A stretch of DNA of 64,000 nt from Candidatus Latescibacterota bacterium. GTDB lineage: Bacteria; Latescibacterota; UBA2968; SICM01. The stretch spans positions 2,080,001 to 2,144,000 of the forward strand of contig CBDCJO010000002.1 of assembly GCA_965217865.1 (NCBI GenBank), in the 5' to 3' direction. The notes under the pieces are model-generated. The model saw only the letters and a program-made list of their open reading frames with translations. It ran no database searches and had not been told where the DNA came from. A program made the position numbers and the translations under genes. How positions within the stretch are numbered: the first letter of the stretch is position 1; each line of letters starts with the position of its first letter. Below, in pieces: positions 36,375-46,584 of this stretch.

Positions 36375-37703
36375 GTGGTCGATTGCGGTGAACTCACTGC
36401 GCGTCTCGAAGCCCTTTCCGGTGGTGAATCCCTGAAACCGAAGGAGTTATTCGCCGTGGACGGGTTTGTCCCCCGGGTGGTGGCTGCCCCGGAAGTCACG
36501 GATCAAGTCTGTGCCCTCCTGAAGGCAGCGGACGAATCAGGGGCGGCTGTTGTACCGTGGGGTGGGGGAACGAATCAAAATCTTGGCAACGTTCCTGATC
36601 GCGTTGATACGGTTCTGTGCACAGCCCGACTGAACAGGATGGTAGCACACGAGCCCGCGGACATGACCTGTGTCGCGGAGGCGGGGATTCGCCTTTCCGA
36701 TCTCCAGGAGGAGTTGGCAAAGGAGGGGCAGTTTCTGCCCATTGACCCCCCCGATCTCGGATCGACGGTTGGAGGCATCCTTTCCGCAAATGTTTCGGGC
36801 CCTATGAGGCTGGCCTACGGTTCCCCCAGGGACGTGGTGATCGGGACAAAGGTGGCCCTCGTATCCGGAGACCTGGTCAAGGCCGGGGGACGGGTCGTAA
36901 AAAACGTCTCTGGGTTCGACCTTAACAAGCTCTATGTCGGAGCCCTCGGAACACTGGGCATCATCGTGGAGGTCGCCTTCAAGGTGTTGCCCTCTCCCGA
37001 ACGGCGCGCATCCGTGGCCGCCGTCTACGATCGGCTTGAGGAAGCCTCCGAGGGGATCAGGACCATCCTGAGGGGGGACATGACCCCCTGTGCCATAAAC
37101 CTGATTTCCCCGAGGGCAACAACCCGAATCGGCCGGGGGGCGCCCCTTCCGGGTGATGGATTTGTCGTCTTGGTCAGGGTGGAAGGGGTCGACGAGTCCG
37201 TACGGGATCAGGTGGAAAGCCTGGAAACCCTTTTCTTTCAGTCGGGTTCAGAAAAAATTGAACGCCTCGAGAGGAACGAAGACTACGCAGTCTGGGACGC
37301 TGTTCGGGGTTATCGACGAGACGGTAAAGGAACCATCCGTTCCAAGGCCAGCCTTCCATTGAAGTGCGTCCGAAACTTCATCCATCAGGCGGAAGCACTT
37401 CGCACACGCCACGAAATCTCCTTTGACCTGATATCCCACGCGGCGAGTGGAATTGTCCTCTGTTACTTCGACCTGGAATCACCAGAGGGGGTGGATAAGG
37501 CGGTTGCTGCGGCCGGGGACCTGCGTGCGATATCCTCCGAACTGGGTGGGAATCTGGTGGTTGAGTCCGCTCCCCCCGCATTCAAAAAAAGGCTTGATGT
37601 ATGGGGAAAGTGGGGGCCTGAACTTGCCATTATGAGAAGTCTCAAGTCGAAATACGATCCGAAGCGAACCCTGAATCCCGGCCGATTCGTAGGTGGGATC
37701 TAA
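36375..37703 (+). CDS. FAD-binding oxidoreductase, glycolate oxidase GlcE-like
   Basis: PWGGGT, AEAG, GGRVVKNVSGFDL, GALGTLG and YDPKRTLNPGRF motifs. The ORF extension upstream of 36375 overlaps the permease and was not used. Confidence 0.82.
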   Translation: MVDCGELTARLEALSGGESLKPKELFAVDGFVPRVVAAPEVTDQVCALLKAADESGAAVVPWGGGTNQNLGNVPDRVDTVLCTARLNRMVAHEPADMTCVAEAGIRLSDLQEELAKEGQFLPIDPPDLGSTVGGILSANVSGPMRLAYGSPRDVVIGTKVALVSGDLVKAGGRVVKNVSGFDLNKLYVGALGTLGIIVEVAFKVLPSPERRASVAAVYDRLEEASEGIRTILRGDMTPCAINLISPRATTRIGRGAPLPGDGFVVLVRVEGVDESVRDQVESLETLFFQSGSEKIERLERNEDYAVWDAVRGYRRDGKGTIRSKASLPLKCVRNFIHQAEALRTRHEISFDLISHAASGIVLCYFDLESPEGVDKAVAAAGDLRAISSELGGNLVVESAPPAFKKRLDVWGKWGPELAIMRSLKSKYDPKRTLNPGRFVGGI

Positions 37704-37768
37704 AATCCGATCCCCGATCCTCCTGAACGCATCAGGGATGTGAAAAAGGAAAAGCAGAAAGGGGAAAC

Positions 37769-38785
37769 GTGAAATATTTCGTATATCTATCGATCGCAGG
37801 TGAAGACAAGGTTTCGATCTTTACGATGGATTCGGAACACGGGAATCTCACGTTCCGGGAGGACGTGACAACGGCCGGGGGCCCAGGCCCACTGGCGGCC
37901 GATCCCAGGTTTGAATATCTCTACGTCGGGATTCGATCGACCCGGAAATTATCGACCTTCCGTATAGATCATGCCTCAGGTGGCCTGTCCCCCATAGGCA
38001 CCGTGTCCCTTCCGTCGGATCCTTGCTTTTTGACCACGGACAGGACAGGCCGTTTTCTCCTCTCTTCCTATTATAAAGCCGGGAGGGCGGCCGTCCATCC
38101 CATCGGCGGGGACGGGGTGGCGGGGGAGCCGTCCATCGAATGGATCCCAACCGCGGAGAAGGCACATTCCATCCAGACGGACCCTTCCAACAGGTTCGCT
38201 TTCGTTCCGCACACAGCCGGCCCCAACCTCATTTTTCAATTCGAATTCGACCAGAACACAGGGGCCCTCAAACCCAACGCGGTACCCCGAGTGGTCCCGG
38301 AGGATGGATCGGGCCCCCGTCACTTCTGCTTTCATCCGGAGAAGGACATCCTCTATTTTTCTAACGAACAGGGCTGTAGCGTAACCGCCTATCATTTCGA
38401 TCCCGATGCCGGGGTCCTGTCTCCTTTCCAGACCATCCCCACTCTCCCGAAGGATTTTGATGGCGATAACGTGTGTGCCCAGATCAGGATCACGCCGTCC
38501 GGAAGCTTCCTGTATGTCTCAAACCGCGGCCACGGCAGCATCGCATGTTTCTCGATCGATTCGGCTACAGGCGGGTTGACCTCAATCGGACAGCAGCCCA
38601 CCGAAAAGGTGCCCAGGGCCTTCAATCTGGATCCTGAGGGGAATTTCCTCTTTGCGGCCGGTCTGGGCTCAGGTAATCTTGCCTCTTACCGGATCGATCC
38701 CGTAACAGGCATCCTCACGCCCCTGGAGATCTATACCATCGGTGAACAGCCTATGTGGGTGCTTGTCCTGAAGCTTAGGGGTTGA
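37769..38785 (+). CDS. 6-phosphogluconolactonase-like beta-propeller lactonase
   Basis: AHSIQTDP, GPRHFCFHP, YVSNRGH and PRAFNLDP motifs. Confidence 0.85.
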   Translation: MKYFVYLSIAGEDKVSIFTMDSEHGNLTFREDVTTAGGPGPLAADPRFEYLYVGIRSTRKLSTFRIDHASGGLSPIGTVSLPSDPCFLTTDRTGRFLLSSYYKAGRAAVHPIGGDGVAGEPSIEWIPTAEKAHSIQTDPSNRFAFVPHTAGPNLIFQFEFDQNTGALKPNAVPRVVPEDGSGPRHFCFHPEKDILYFSNEQGCSVTAYHFDPDAGVLSPFQTIPTLPKDFDGDNVCAQIRITPSGSFLYVSNRGHGSIACFSIDSATGGLTSIGQQPTEKVPRAFNLDPEGNFLFAAGLGSGNLASYRIDPVTGILTPLEIYTIGEQPMWVLVLKLRG

Positions 38786-38793
38786 CAACAGTG

Positions 38794-38821
38794 TGCAATT
38801 TGCATTTTGCTTTTTGCTTTT
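38794..38821. repeat. Degenerate 7-nt tandem repeat (TGCWTTT)
   Basis: tgcaatt tgcattt tgctttt tgctttt. Confidence 0.65.
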
Positions 38822-38854
38822 ACATACCCCCGCATTTCCTAAGGAGTTGCACGG

Positions 38855-40546
38855 ATGTCCACACCCTCCCCATCTGATTTTATCCGTGACATCATCAGAG
38901 AAGACGTAAAAAACAAAAAACACGACGGCCGCGTAACGACCCGATTCCCACCTGAGCCGAACGGATATCTGCACATCGGACACGCCAAGTCCATCTGCCT
39001 TAACTTCGGGGTATCCGAAGAGTTCGGTGGGGTGTGCAACCTGCGCTTCGAGGACACCAACCCGGAAAAGGAAAGCATGGAGTACGTCGAATCGATCAAA
39101 GCGGATGTACGCTGGCTCGGTTTCGACTGGGACGACCGGATCTACTTCGCATCCGATTACTATGGGAAACTCTATGAATTTGCCGTAAAGCTCATAGAGA
39201 AGGGGGTAGCCTATGTCGACAGTCTGAGCGGCGATCAGATCAGGGAACACCGGGGCACGCTGACTGAGCCAGGTGCGGAAAGTCCGTACCGAAACCGATC
39301 CGTCGAGGAGAACGTAAATCTGTTTCGACGCATGCGGGCCGGGGAGTTCGAGGACGGGGCGCACGTGTTGCGGGCTAAGATCGACATGGCATCTCCAAAC
39401 ATGAACTTGAGGGACCCGGTCCTTTACCGCATCCGCCACCATACGCATTACAGAACGGAGGACGAGTGGTGCATCTATCCGATGTACGATTTCACTGAGT
39501 GCCTCTCGGATGCCATCGAAAGGGTTACGCATTCGCTGTGCACAACGGAATTCGAGATCAATCGTCCGATCTACGATTGGGTGCTGCGCGAAGTGGAGGT
39601 CGAAGATCCGCCGCATCAGTACGAGTTCGCCCGTCTCAATCTCTCCTACACGGCGGTCTTGAGCAAACGCTATCTGTTGCTCCTCGTCGAGGAAGGCCAC
39701 GTCAGCGGTTGGGACGATCCCCGGATGCCCACAGTTTCGGGCATGCGAAGACGCGGTTACACCCCTGAGTCTATCCGCAACTTCTGCAAGAAGGTTGGGA
39801 TTGCAAAACGAGAAAATCAAATTGAGGTGGCTTTGCTTGAGCACAGCATCCGCGAGGACCTGAATCGCCGTGCGCCCAGGGTGATGGGGGTGCTTCGTCC
39901 TTTGAAAGTCGTCATCGATAACTATCCCGAAGGCAGGGTGGAAGAGTTGGATGCCGTCAACAATCCCGAGGATCCTGGCATGGGCTCACGAAAAGTCCCG
40001 TTTTCGCGTGAGTTATATATCGAGCGGGCCGATTTTCGAGAGGACCCCCCCAAGAAATTTTTCCGCCTGGCCCCGGGTCGGGAAGTCCGGCTGAGATACG
40101 GTTATTATATCACTTGTGAAAGAGTGGTGAAGGACGAAAATACGGGTGAGGTGATCGAGTTGCACTGCACATATGATCCTGAGACACGCAGCGGATCTTC
40201 TCCTGATGGCCGCAAGGTCAAGGGAACGATCCACTGGGTATCCGCCGCCCACGCCATTCAAGCAGAAGTGCGCCTCTACGATCGTCTTTTCTCGAAACCG
40301 GATCCAGGGGGTGACGGTTCCGATTTTAAGAGCCAGCTGAATCCGAACTCCTTGGAGAGATTGACATCCTGCCGGGTCGAACCCAGCCTCGAAAATGCCG
40401 CCTTGGGAAGCCGGTACCAGTTCGAGAGGCTTGGCTACTTCTGCGTCGATTCGGTTGACTCCGCTCAGGGAGACCTCGTGTTCAACCGGACCGTACCGTT
40501 GCGGGATACGTGGGCGAAGATCGAGGAGGCATACGGTCGGGCTTAA
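38855..40546 (+). CDS. glnS: Glutamine--tRNA ligase
   Basis: [36 protein letters not shown] and QFERLGYF motifs. Confidence 0.96.
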   Translation: MSTPSPSDFIRDIIREDVKNKKHDGRVTTRFPPEPNGYLHIGHAKSICLNFGVSEEFGGVCNLRFEDTNPEKESMEYVESIKADVRWLGFDWDDRIYFASDYYGKLYEFAVKLIEKGVAYVDSLSGDQIREHRGTLTEPGAESPYRNRSVEENVNLFRRMRAGEFEDGAHVLRAKIDMASPNMNLRDPVLYRIRHHTHYRTEDEWCIYPMYDFTECLSDAIERVTHSLCTTEFEINRPIYDWVLREVEVEDPPHQYEFARLNLSYTAVLSKRYLLLLVEEGHVSGWDDPRMPTVSGMRRRGYTPESIRNFCKKVGIAKRENQIEVALLEHSIREDLNRRAPRVMGVLRPLKVVIDNYPEGRVEELDAVNNPEDPGMGSRKVPFSRELYIERADFREDPPKKFFRLAPGREVRLRYGYYITCERVVKDENTGEVIELHCTYDPETRSGSSPDGRKVKGTIHWVSAAHAIQAEVRLYDRLFSKPDPGGDGSDFKSQLNPNSLERLTSCRVEPSLENAALGSRYQFERLGYFCVDSVDSAQGDLVFNRTVPLRDTWAKIEEAYGRA

Positions 40547-40641
40547 TCCTCGGGTTACCTTCGATGAAACATGGGTCTTCGCGATCGATTCGGTTTTGGG
40601 GGTATGAAATTATCGAAAGATTTGAATTCATTGGATAAGGG

Positions 40642-41802
40642 GTGAAGATGATCGCCGGCGTGCCAATCGAATCCAATCCGGGAGAAAGACGAGTTGCGCT
40701 CGTGCCGGCATTCGTGCCTGGCCTTATTCAGGCAGGGATAGAAGTCCGAGTCGAAAGCGGGGCGGGTGAAAAAGCCGGGCTCACAGACGCCGCATATAAA
40801 GAACGCGGAGCCCTCATCTCATTGGACCGCGCGGATCTCTTCTCCTCGGCGGATCTGATCCTAAAAGTGAACGGTCTGGGGGCAAACCCGGACGGCGGTT
40901 ACTCGGATCTGGAATTGACCCGCTCGGGCCAGATTCTGATTGGATTTTTAAACCCCCTTGGAGCCCCTAACGAAGTGAAAAAGCTGGCTGAAAAGGGGGT
41001 CACCGCATTCGCCCTGGAGCTCCTCCCCCGGATCGGCCGGGCCCAACAGATGGACGCCTTGAGTTCCATGGCCACCATTGCCGGCTATAAGGCCGTCCTT
41101 CTTGGGGCCGCAGCCCTCAGAAAAATGGTTCCGATGATGATTACCGCTGCCGGAACCATCACCCCCGCCCGGGCTTTTGTGGTGGGTGCCGGAGTCGCGG
41201 GGCTTCAGGCCATCGCAACGGCACGCAGGCTCGGTGCGATCGTACAGTCTTATGACGTCCGGCCCGCCGTGAAGGAACAGGTTGAAAGCCTGGGAGCCAA
41301 GTTCCTGGATCTTACGCTGGAACCGGTCGATGCAGAAACCTCCGGTGGATATGCGAAGGCCTTGGGCGATGCCTTCTATCTTCGCCAGCGGGAGATGATG
41401 AAGGCCGTTGTTGCCCAAAGCGATTTGGTCATCACCACCGCTGCGATTCCTGGAAAAAAAGCTCCAATCCTGATCACAGAAGAAATGGTTCGGGGGATGC
41501 AGCCGGGATCCGTGATTGTCGACCTGGCCGCCGAGGGAGGTGGTAACTGCGAGCTGACCCGGGCTGGGGAAACGATCGAGGCCGACGGCGTATCCATCCT
41601 TGGGCCGATCAACCTCCCCGCCACCGTCCCGTTCCACGCCAGTCAGATGTATTCAAAAAACGTCACAACCTTCGTCCAGAACCTGATGAGGAACGGCGGT
41701 GGCCGAATCGACACGGAAGACCAGATCATCCGTGACACCCTGCTGACTCACGAAGGAAAGGTGGTGAACCCCAGGGTTCGGGAACTGCTGGATAATCCTT
41801 AG
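40642..41802 (+). CDS. pntAA: NAD(P) transhydrogenase alpha subunit part 1 (dI)
   Basis: ERRVAL, RAQQMDALSS, GAGVAGLQA and GGNCELT motifs. Confidence 0.93.
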   Translation: MKMIAGVPIESNPGERRVALVPAFVPGLIQAGIEVRVESGAGEKAGLTDAAYKERGALISLDRADLFSSADLILKVNGLGANPDGGYSDLELTRSGQILIGFLNPLGAPNEVKKLAEKGVTAFALELLPRIGRAQQMDALSSMATIAGYKAVLLGAAALRKMVPMMITAAGTITPARAFVVGAGVAGLQAIATARRLGAIVQSYDVRPAVKEQVESLGAKFLDLTLEPVDAETSGGYAKALGDAFYLRQREMMKAVVAQSDLVITTAAIPGKKAPILITEEMVRGMQPGSVIVDLAAEGGGNCELTRAGETIEADGVSILGPINLPATVPFHASQMYSKNVTTFVQNLMRNGGGRIDTEDQIIRDTLLTHEGKVVNPRVRELLDNP

Positions 41803-41837
41803 CAACCGATTCCCACTTTTGAAGAAGGAGAACCTTT

Positions 41838-42131
41838 ATGGAAACCTTCGTCGCATCCCTGGCCATCTTCGTATTGGCACTCTTCGTGGGTTTCGAGGTG
41901 ATCACTAAAGTCCCTCCCCTATTGCACACGCCTCTGATGTCTGGTGCGAACGCGATATCTGGGATCACGCTCGTAGGTACCCTGGTGACATCCGGGGTAA
42001 AGTTGACCCCTTTCACGACGATCCTGGGGTTTGTTGCGGTGGCTATGGCAACGGCCAACGTCGTAGGAGGGTTCATGATCACACACCGGATGCTCGGCAT
42101 GTTCCGTCGAAAGGAACACGATGCCCGATGA
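41838..42131 (+). CDS. pntAB: NAD(P) transhydrogenase alpha subunit part 2
   Basis: LHTPLMSGANAISG and NVVGGF..THRML motifs. Confidence 0.93.
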   Translation: METFVASLAIFVLALFVGFEVITKVPPLLHTPLMSGANAISGITLVGTLVTSGVKLTPFTTILGFVAVAMATANVVGGFMITHRMLGMFRRKEHDAR

Positions 42132-43521
42132 ACTGATTAACCTCTTCTACCTCGCGGCTGCGGTCTTCTTCGTCCTGGGCTTGAAGGGACTCTCCCATCC
42201 CGGCACCGCTGTAAGGGGAAACCTTTTAGGCGCAATCGGGATGCTCGTGGCTATCGTAGTCACCCTGCTGGACAGAAGGATCGTCAGCTTTGAGATCATC
42301 CTGGCCGGAATGGTGGTCGGCGCCCTGGTTGGCGCAGCAATGGCCTACAGAGCCCCCATGACCGCGATACCTCAGGTGGTCGCGGTCTTCAACGGTTTCG
42401 GAGGCGGTGCCTCGGCCCTTGCCGTGGGAGCCGCGCTGGAAGAGGCCTTAAAGGGAGGATTCGTCGAGGAGATTTCCGCCCAGTTCACTACCGCGGCGGC
42501 GGCATCAGGAATCATCGGCGGCGTCTCCTTGACGGGGAGTGCGATCGCTTTTGGCAAGCTTCAGGGAATCGTCAGGGGTCGACCGATTCTCATCCCGGGT
42601 AGGCACGCGTTGAACCTGGTCCTGGTGTCAGTCTGCCTGGTCCTGAGCGTCTGGCTTGTGGTGGATCCTGTTTCCTCGATCCCGTTCTGGACGTTGACCG
42701 TCCTCGCCGCTCTCCTCGGGATCTTTCTGGTAATCCCAATCGGCGGGGCAGACATGCCCGTCGTTATCGCTCTTCTCAACTCCTATTCTGGGATTGCCGC
42801 GGCGGGTCACGGATGGGTCCTTAACAACAGCGTCCTGATCATCGCCGGCTCTCTCGTGGGTTCCGCCGGGTTCATTCTCACCGCCCTGATGTGCCGGGCG
42901 ATGAACCGCTCCTTACCGAACGTCATGTTCGCCGGTGTTGGTGCGACCGTCGTCACCGATCAGGAGAGCGAAGATATCTATGCCGGGCGCGTGAAATCAG
43001 CCTCATCCGAAGAGGTGGCGATGTTGTTGGACGGCGCCCGGCGGGTGATCATCGTTCCGGGCTACGGAATGGCGGTTGCTCAGGCTCAGTACGCCATTCA
43101 GGATTTGACGATGTTGTTGGAGTCCCGGGAAGTCGAGGTGGACTTCGCGATACATCCCGTCGCCGGGCGGATGCCAGGTCATATGAACGTCCTCCTCGCG
43201 GAGGCGAACATCCCCTACGACAAGCTTAGGGACCTTGACGAGGCCAACCCCGCTTTTCGGGGTTCGGATGTCGTCCTGGTCATCGGGGCGAACGATGTCG
43301 TCAACCCCATGGCCCGGGATGCGGATCCTTCAATACCCATTTCGGGTATGCCCATCCTGAATGTCGACCAGGCCCGATCTGTGGTCGTCATTAAGCGCAC
43401 CCTCAGTCCGGGTTTCGCCGGAATCGCCAACCCGCTTTTTGCCGCGGAAAATTCCCTGATGCTCTTTGGGGATGCGAAGAAGACGATCTTGGACCTCACG
43501 GCCGCGCTCAAGGAAACCTAG
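42121..43521 (+). CDS. pntB: NAD(P) transhydrogenase beta subunit
   Basis: IGGADMPVVI, VPGYGMAVAQAQ, HPVAGRMPGHMNVLLAEA and GANDVVNP motifs. Confidence 0.95.
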   Translation: MPDELINLFYLAAAVFFVLGLKGLSHPGTAVRGNLLGAIGMLVAIVVTLLDRRIVSFEIILAGMVVGALVGAAMAYRAPMTAIPQVVAVFNGFGGGASALAVGAALEEALKGGFVEEISAQFTTAAAASGIIGGVSLTGSAIAFGKLQGIVRGRPILIPGRHALNLVLVSVCLVLSVWLVVDPVSSIPFWTLTVLAALLGIFLVIPIGGADMPVVIALLNSYSGIAAAGHGWVLNNSVLIIAGSLVGSAGFILTALMCRAMNRSLPNVMFAGVGATVVTDQESEDIYAGRVKSASSEEVAMLLDGARRVIIVPGYGMAVAQAQYAIQDLTMLLESREVEVDFAIHPVAGRMPGHMNVLLAEANIPYDKLRDLDEANPAFRGSDVVLVIGANDVVNPMARDADPSIPISGMPILNVDQARSVVVIKRTLSPGFAGIANPLFAAENSLMLFGDAKKTILDLTAALKET

Positions 43522-43539
43522 TTTGGGAGGCTAAGAAAG

Positions 43540-43603
43540 AATGGAGGGTTGGGGGGTGGAATCAGGAAGAGAGTTGCCTTTACCCTTTACGCTTCATCCC
43601 GCC
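43540..43603. repeat. Opposed 7-nt arrays able to form a hairpin
   Basis: G-rich arm aatggag ggttggg gggtgga and pyrimidine arm gccttta cccttta cgcttca tcccgcc. Confidence 0.45.
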
Positions 43604-43624
43604 AAGGGGAATCAATTTATCTCC

Positions 43625-44431
43625 ATGAATGAGGCCCCACCGATATCCCGCATTCTGACGATCGCTGGCTCAGATTCCGGGGGGGGAGCCGGGATCCAGG
43701 CCGACCTGAAAGCGATCACCGTCCTGGGTGGGTTCGGAATGAGCGTCATCACGGCGCTTACCGCTCAAAACACCGTCGGAGTCACCTCCACATTCGAAGT
43801 GCCTTTGGACTTCATTGGCGAGCAATTCGACACGGTGGTATCCGACATCGGGGTGGATGCAGCCAAGACCGGCATGTTGGTCAACCCTGAGATCGTCCGG
43901 CTGGTCGCCCGGAAGGTGGCTGAACACGGGATTCAAAATCTGGTCGTAGATCCTGTGATGGTCGCTAAAAGCGGCGATGCCCTTCTATCGAAAGAGGCTG
44001 AGACCACCATCCTCGACACCTTGATTCCCCTGGCGGATGTGGTAACCCCAAACCTTCCTGAGGCCGCAGCCCTCTCCGGTATATCCGTCAAGTCCTTGGA
44101 CGACATGAGGCGTGCAGCCCGGAAGATATCTGAATTCGGGGTCAAGAACGTCCTGATCAAGGGAGGACACCTGATGGGCAAGTCGGTTGACCTGCTCTTC
44201 GACGGGGTCGAGTTCTTCGAATTCTCCTCCGACCGAATCGAAACGAACAATACGCACGGCACCGGCTGCACATACGCCGCAGCCATCGCTGTCCGCCTCG
44301 GACAGGGTTACCCCCTGCGGGAGGCCGTCGGGAACGCAAAGTCGTTCATCACCACGGCTATCCGACACGGTCTTTCCATAGGCAAGGGCCACGGACCCAC
44401 AAATCCGTTTGCGTGGATCCAACATAAATAA
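43625..44431 (+). CDS. thiD: Hydroxymethylpyrimidine/phosphomethylpyrimidine kinase
   Basis: [29 protein letters not shown] and THGTGCT motifs. Confidence 0.93.
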   Translation: MNEAPPISRILTIAGSDSGGGAGIQADLKAITVLGGFGMSVITALTAQNTVGVTSTFEVPLDFIGEQFDTVVSDIGVDAAKTGMLVNPEIVRLVARKVAEHGIQNLVVDPVMVAKSGDALLSKEAETTILDTLIPLADVVTPNLPEAAALSGISVKSLDDMRRAARKISEFGVKNVLIKGGHLMGKSVDLLFDGVEFFEFSSDRIETNNTHGTGCTYAAAIAVRLGQGYPLREAVGNAKSFITTAIRHGLSIGKGHGPTNPFAWIQHK

Positions 44432-44435
44432 AGTT

Positions 44436-45077
44436 TCAAGCTTTCCCTGAGTTGCTCCGTTCTATCCTTTTCTTTATCCCCCGCGCCGCCCCCTCCACGT
44501 CCTCGGCTCCGACAACAGCCGAGATAACAGCGACACCGGCCGCTCCCGCGTCGATCACTTTTCGTGCATTGCACAAATTCACCCCGCCGATCCCGACGAT
44601 CGGAATATCGATCGCGTCCATGATCTCCCGCAACCTTTCGGTCCCTACGACCGACGAAAGGGGCTTTGTGGGTGACCCGAACATTGCCCCCACCCCGAGA
44701 TAATCCGCCCCTTCGGCGATCGCTTCGTGGGCCATATCAACCGTTTTCACCGAGGCCCCGACGATCTTTTCGGGTCCCACGACCTGCCTCGCAATCCGAA
44801 TAGGCAGGTCCTCCTGCCCAACGTGTACTCCGTCGGCATCCGCAGATACCGCCACATCGGCTCTGTCGTTCACGATGAATATCACCCCTTCAGACCGGCA
44901 GATGTCGCGAATGGCACACGCGGTCCGGAACAATTCAAGCCCACCCATCCGCTTCCCGCGAAGCTGAACCACATCTGCTCCCCCCTTCACCGCAGACTTC
45001 GTAATATTCACGGGATCCCGATCCCGGGTGGCTTCCGGGTCCACGATCACATAAAGACCCCCAAGTGGCCGATCCAT
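44436..45077 (-). CDS. thiE: Thiamine phosphate synthase
   Basis: VQLRGK, VNDRADVA, GVHVGQED, SPTK and VGIGG motifs. ATG 45077 has an AAGGAGG RBS. Confidence 0.93.
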   Translation of the reverse strand: MDRPLGGLYVIVDPEATRDRDPVNITKSAVKGGADVVQLRGKRMGGLELFRTACAIRDICRSEGVIFIVNDRADVAVSADADGVHVGQEDLPIRIARQVVGPEKIVGASVKTVDMAHEAIAEGADYLGVGAMFGSPTKPLSSVVGTERLREIMDAIDIPIVGIGGVNLCNARKVIDAGAAGVAVISAVVGAEDVEGAARGIKKRIERSNSGKA

Positions 45078-45098
45078 AAGCCTCCTTGCGAAGAACTG

Positions 45099-45127
45099 TT
45101 GACAGCCTGAACCACTTGCTGTAAATT
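45099..45127 (+). promoter_or_regulatory. Sigma70-type promoter
   Basis: TTGACA-N17-TAAATT upstream of the M14 deacylase gene. Confidence 0.5.
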
Positions 45128-45268
45128 TCCGCACCAAAAACAGGCGATCCGCTGCTGACGACCGGCTTTTTCATCTGGTCGGGAATGGAACCGTCATAGC
45201 TTACGATTCTCACCCTCGGCTTGTTCATCAAGATCAGGGTTAAAAAGCCACAATCGGAGATAAAAACG

Positions 45269-46243
45269 ATGGGCGAGAAGGTATTGCGTCTTGAACACCT
45301 GGCCGCTGAACCCGGTTCGATGGTTCAGGGTTATTGGGAGGTCTCGGAGATGAGTGATGGGACCCCGGCCAGATTGCCGGTCGCAATCCTTAACGGAGTG
45401 GGGGGCGGGCCGATCCTTTACCTCCAGTCAGCCAGTGATGGCGACGAGCTGAACGGGATCGCCGTGATCCAAAAGGTCATTCACCGGATCGAACCCGAAC
45501 GCTTTCGTGGCGGGATCATCGCCATCCTCATCGCCAACCTCCACGCCTTTCACCAAAGGCAGGCCGAAAGCCCCATCGATGGGAAAAAGATGAATCGCTG
45601 CTTCCCCGGCCGAGCGGATGGAACTTCAACAGAACGGATCGCCCATCAGATATTCCACAAAGCCGTCCTCCAGGCCAACCTCTGTATCGACTTGCACCAG
45701 GGAGGGATTCGACCGATGATCGACGAGGTCAGGGTCCGGGTGGATGGCCGGAAGCGCTGCCACCGTGATTGCCTGGACCTGGCGCGGGTCTTTGGCATCG
45801 GCTACATCCTGGACAGGGTGGGGCCCGAAGGCCAGCTCGCATTGGCCGCTCCGGAACGCGGCATCCCAACCATCGACCCGGAGCTGGGAGGTTGCCACGG
45901 ATGGGACCCGAACAGCATTCGGAAAGGGGTCGCCGGAGTTGAGAACGTATTAAGGCATCATGAAATGCTCCCCGGTCGCCCCCGGATACCGGAGAGACAG
46001 ATCGTGGTCGATAGCTTCACACCCATCCTCTCAAACAGGGGTGGCTTCATCAAATTTAAAGCCGACCTGTATGCCCATCTTGAGGCAGGCGACCCCGTTG
46101 CTCAAATTACCGACCCGTTCGGAAATGTCCTCGAGACCCTCCACACCCTCCACGAAGCCATCTTCTGGTCGAAGTCGCTATACCCCATGGTCGCACCTGG
46201 GGAGATCGTGGCCACCCTGGGAAAAAATATTCGTTACATCTGA
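45269..46243 (+). CDS. Succinylglutamate desuccinylase/aspartoacylase (M14) family deacylase
   Basis: DGDELNG (in place of HGDE), MNRCFPG, IDLHQG, ELGG and a C-terminal biotinyl-like GGF...I.DPFG domain. Confidence 0.8.
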   Translation: MGEKVLRLEHLAAEPGSMVQGYWEVSEMSDGTPARLPVAILNGVGGGPILYLQSASDGDELNGIAVIQKVIHRIEPERFRGGIIAILIANLHAFHQRQAESPIDGKKMNRCFPGRADGTSTERIAHQIFHKAVLQANLCIDLHQGGIRPMIDEVRVRVDGRKRCHRDCLDLARVFGIGYILDRVGPEGQLALAAPERGIPTIDPELGGCHGWDPNSIRKGVAGVENVLRHHEMLPGRPRIPERQIVVDSFTPILSNRGGFIKFKADLYAHLEAGDPVAQITDPFGNVLETLHTLHEAIFWSKSLYPMVAPGEIVATLGKNIRYI

Positions 46244-46253
46244 ACCCCTCGGT

Positions 46254-46520
46254 TCACCTTCCCCTCTCCACCCCCCTTTTTTCAATCATCTCCCGCACCT
46301 CGGGCACAACGAATACGTCATCTAGAGACAATTGGGAAAATGCCTTCAGGAACACCTCAATGTGATCCAGAACATCCATGTTGCGGTCCATAATCAACCG
46401 CAACTTTCCCCCGTATCGACACAATCCCCCCGTTAAACCGTCCAACTCCACCTGGGAGACATCGATGGACAACCGGTCGGCGAGGCTTTCCAATTCCTGT
46501 AAAAGTTGCGTGTCCGTCAT
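46254..46520 (-). CDS. Small hypothetical protein
   Basis: Protein-like 88-aa ORF (LQELESLADRL...GGLCR...PEVREMIE) directly downstream of glyQS, with a GGGAG RBS. Confidence 0.65.
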   Translation of the reverse strand: MTDTQLLQELESLADRLSIDVSQVELDGLTGGLCRYGGKLRLIMDRNMDVLDHIEVFLKAFSQLSLDDVFVVPEVREMIEKRGVERGR

Positions 46521-46584
46521 CCACACTCCCGACTGCCCTGCAACTCGTTTCGCTTTTGACGCTCCGCCCAACTCACCTTCCTGT

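Noticed and set aside
38669-39844. Long antisense ORFs (also 5280-6179, 23965-24954, 47077-48015)
   Set aside because: They are shadow frames opposite well-conserved genes, expected at this GC content, and show no recognisable motifs.
45205-45245. Minus-strand CCCTGATCTTGATGAACAAGCCGAGGG upstream of thiE resembles the 3' half of a TPP riboswitch
   Set aside because: The 5' half with CTGAGA is absent and would fall within the divergent gene, and the TAAT loop and GCG are not conserved.
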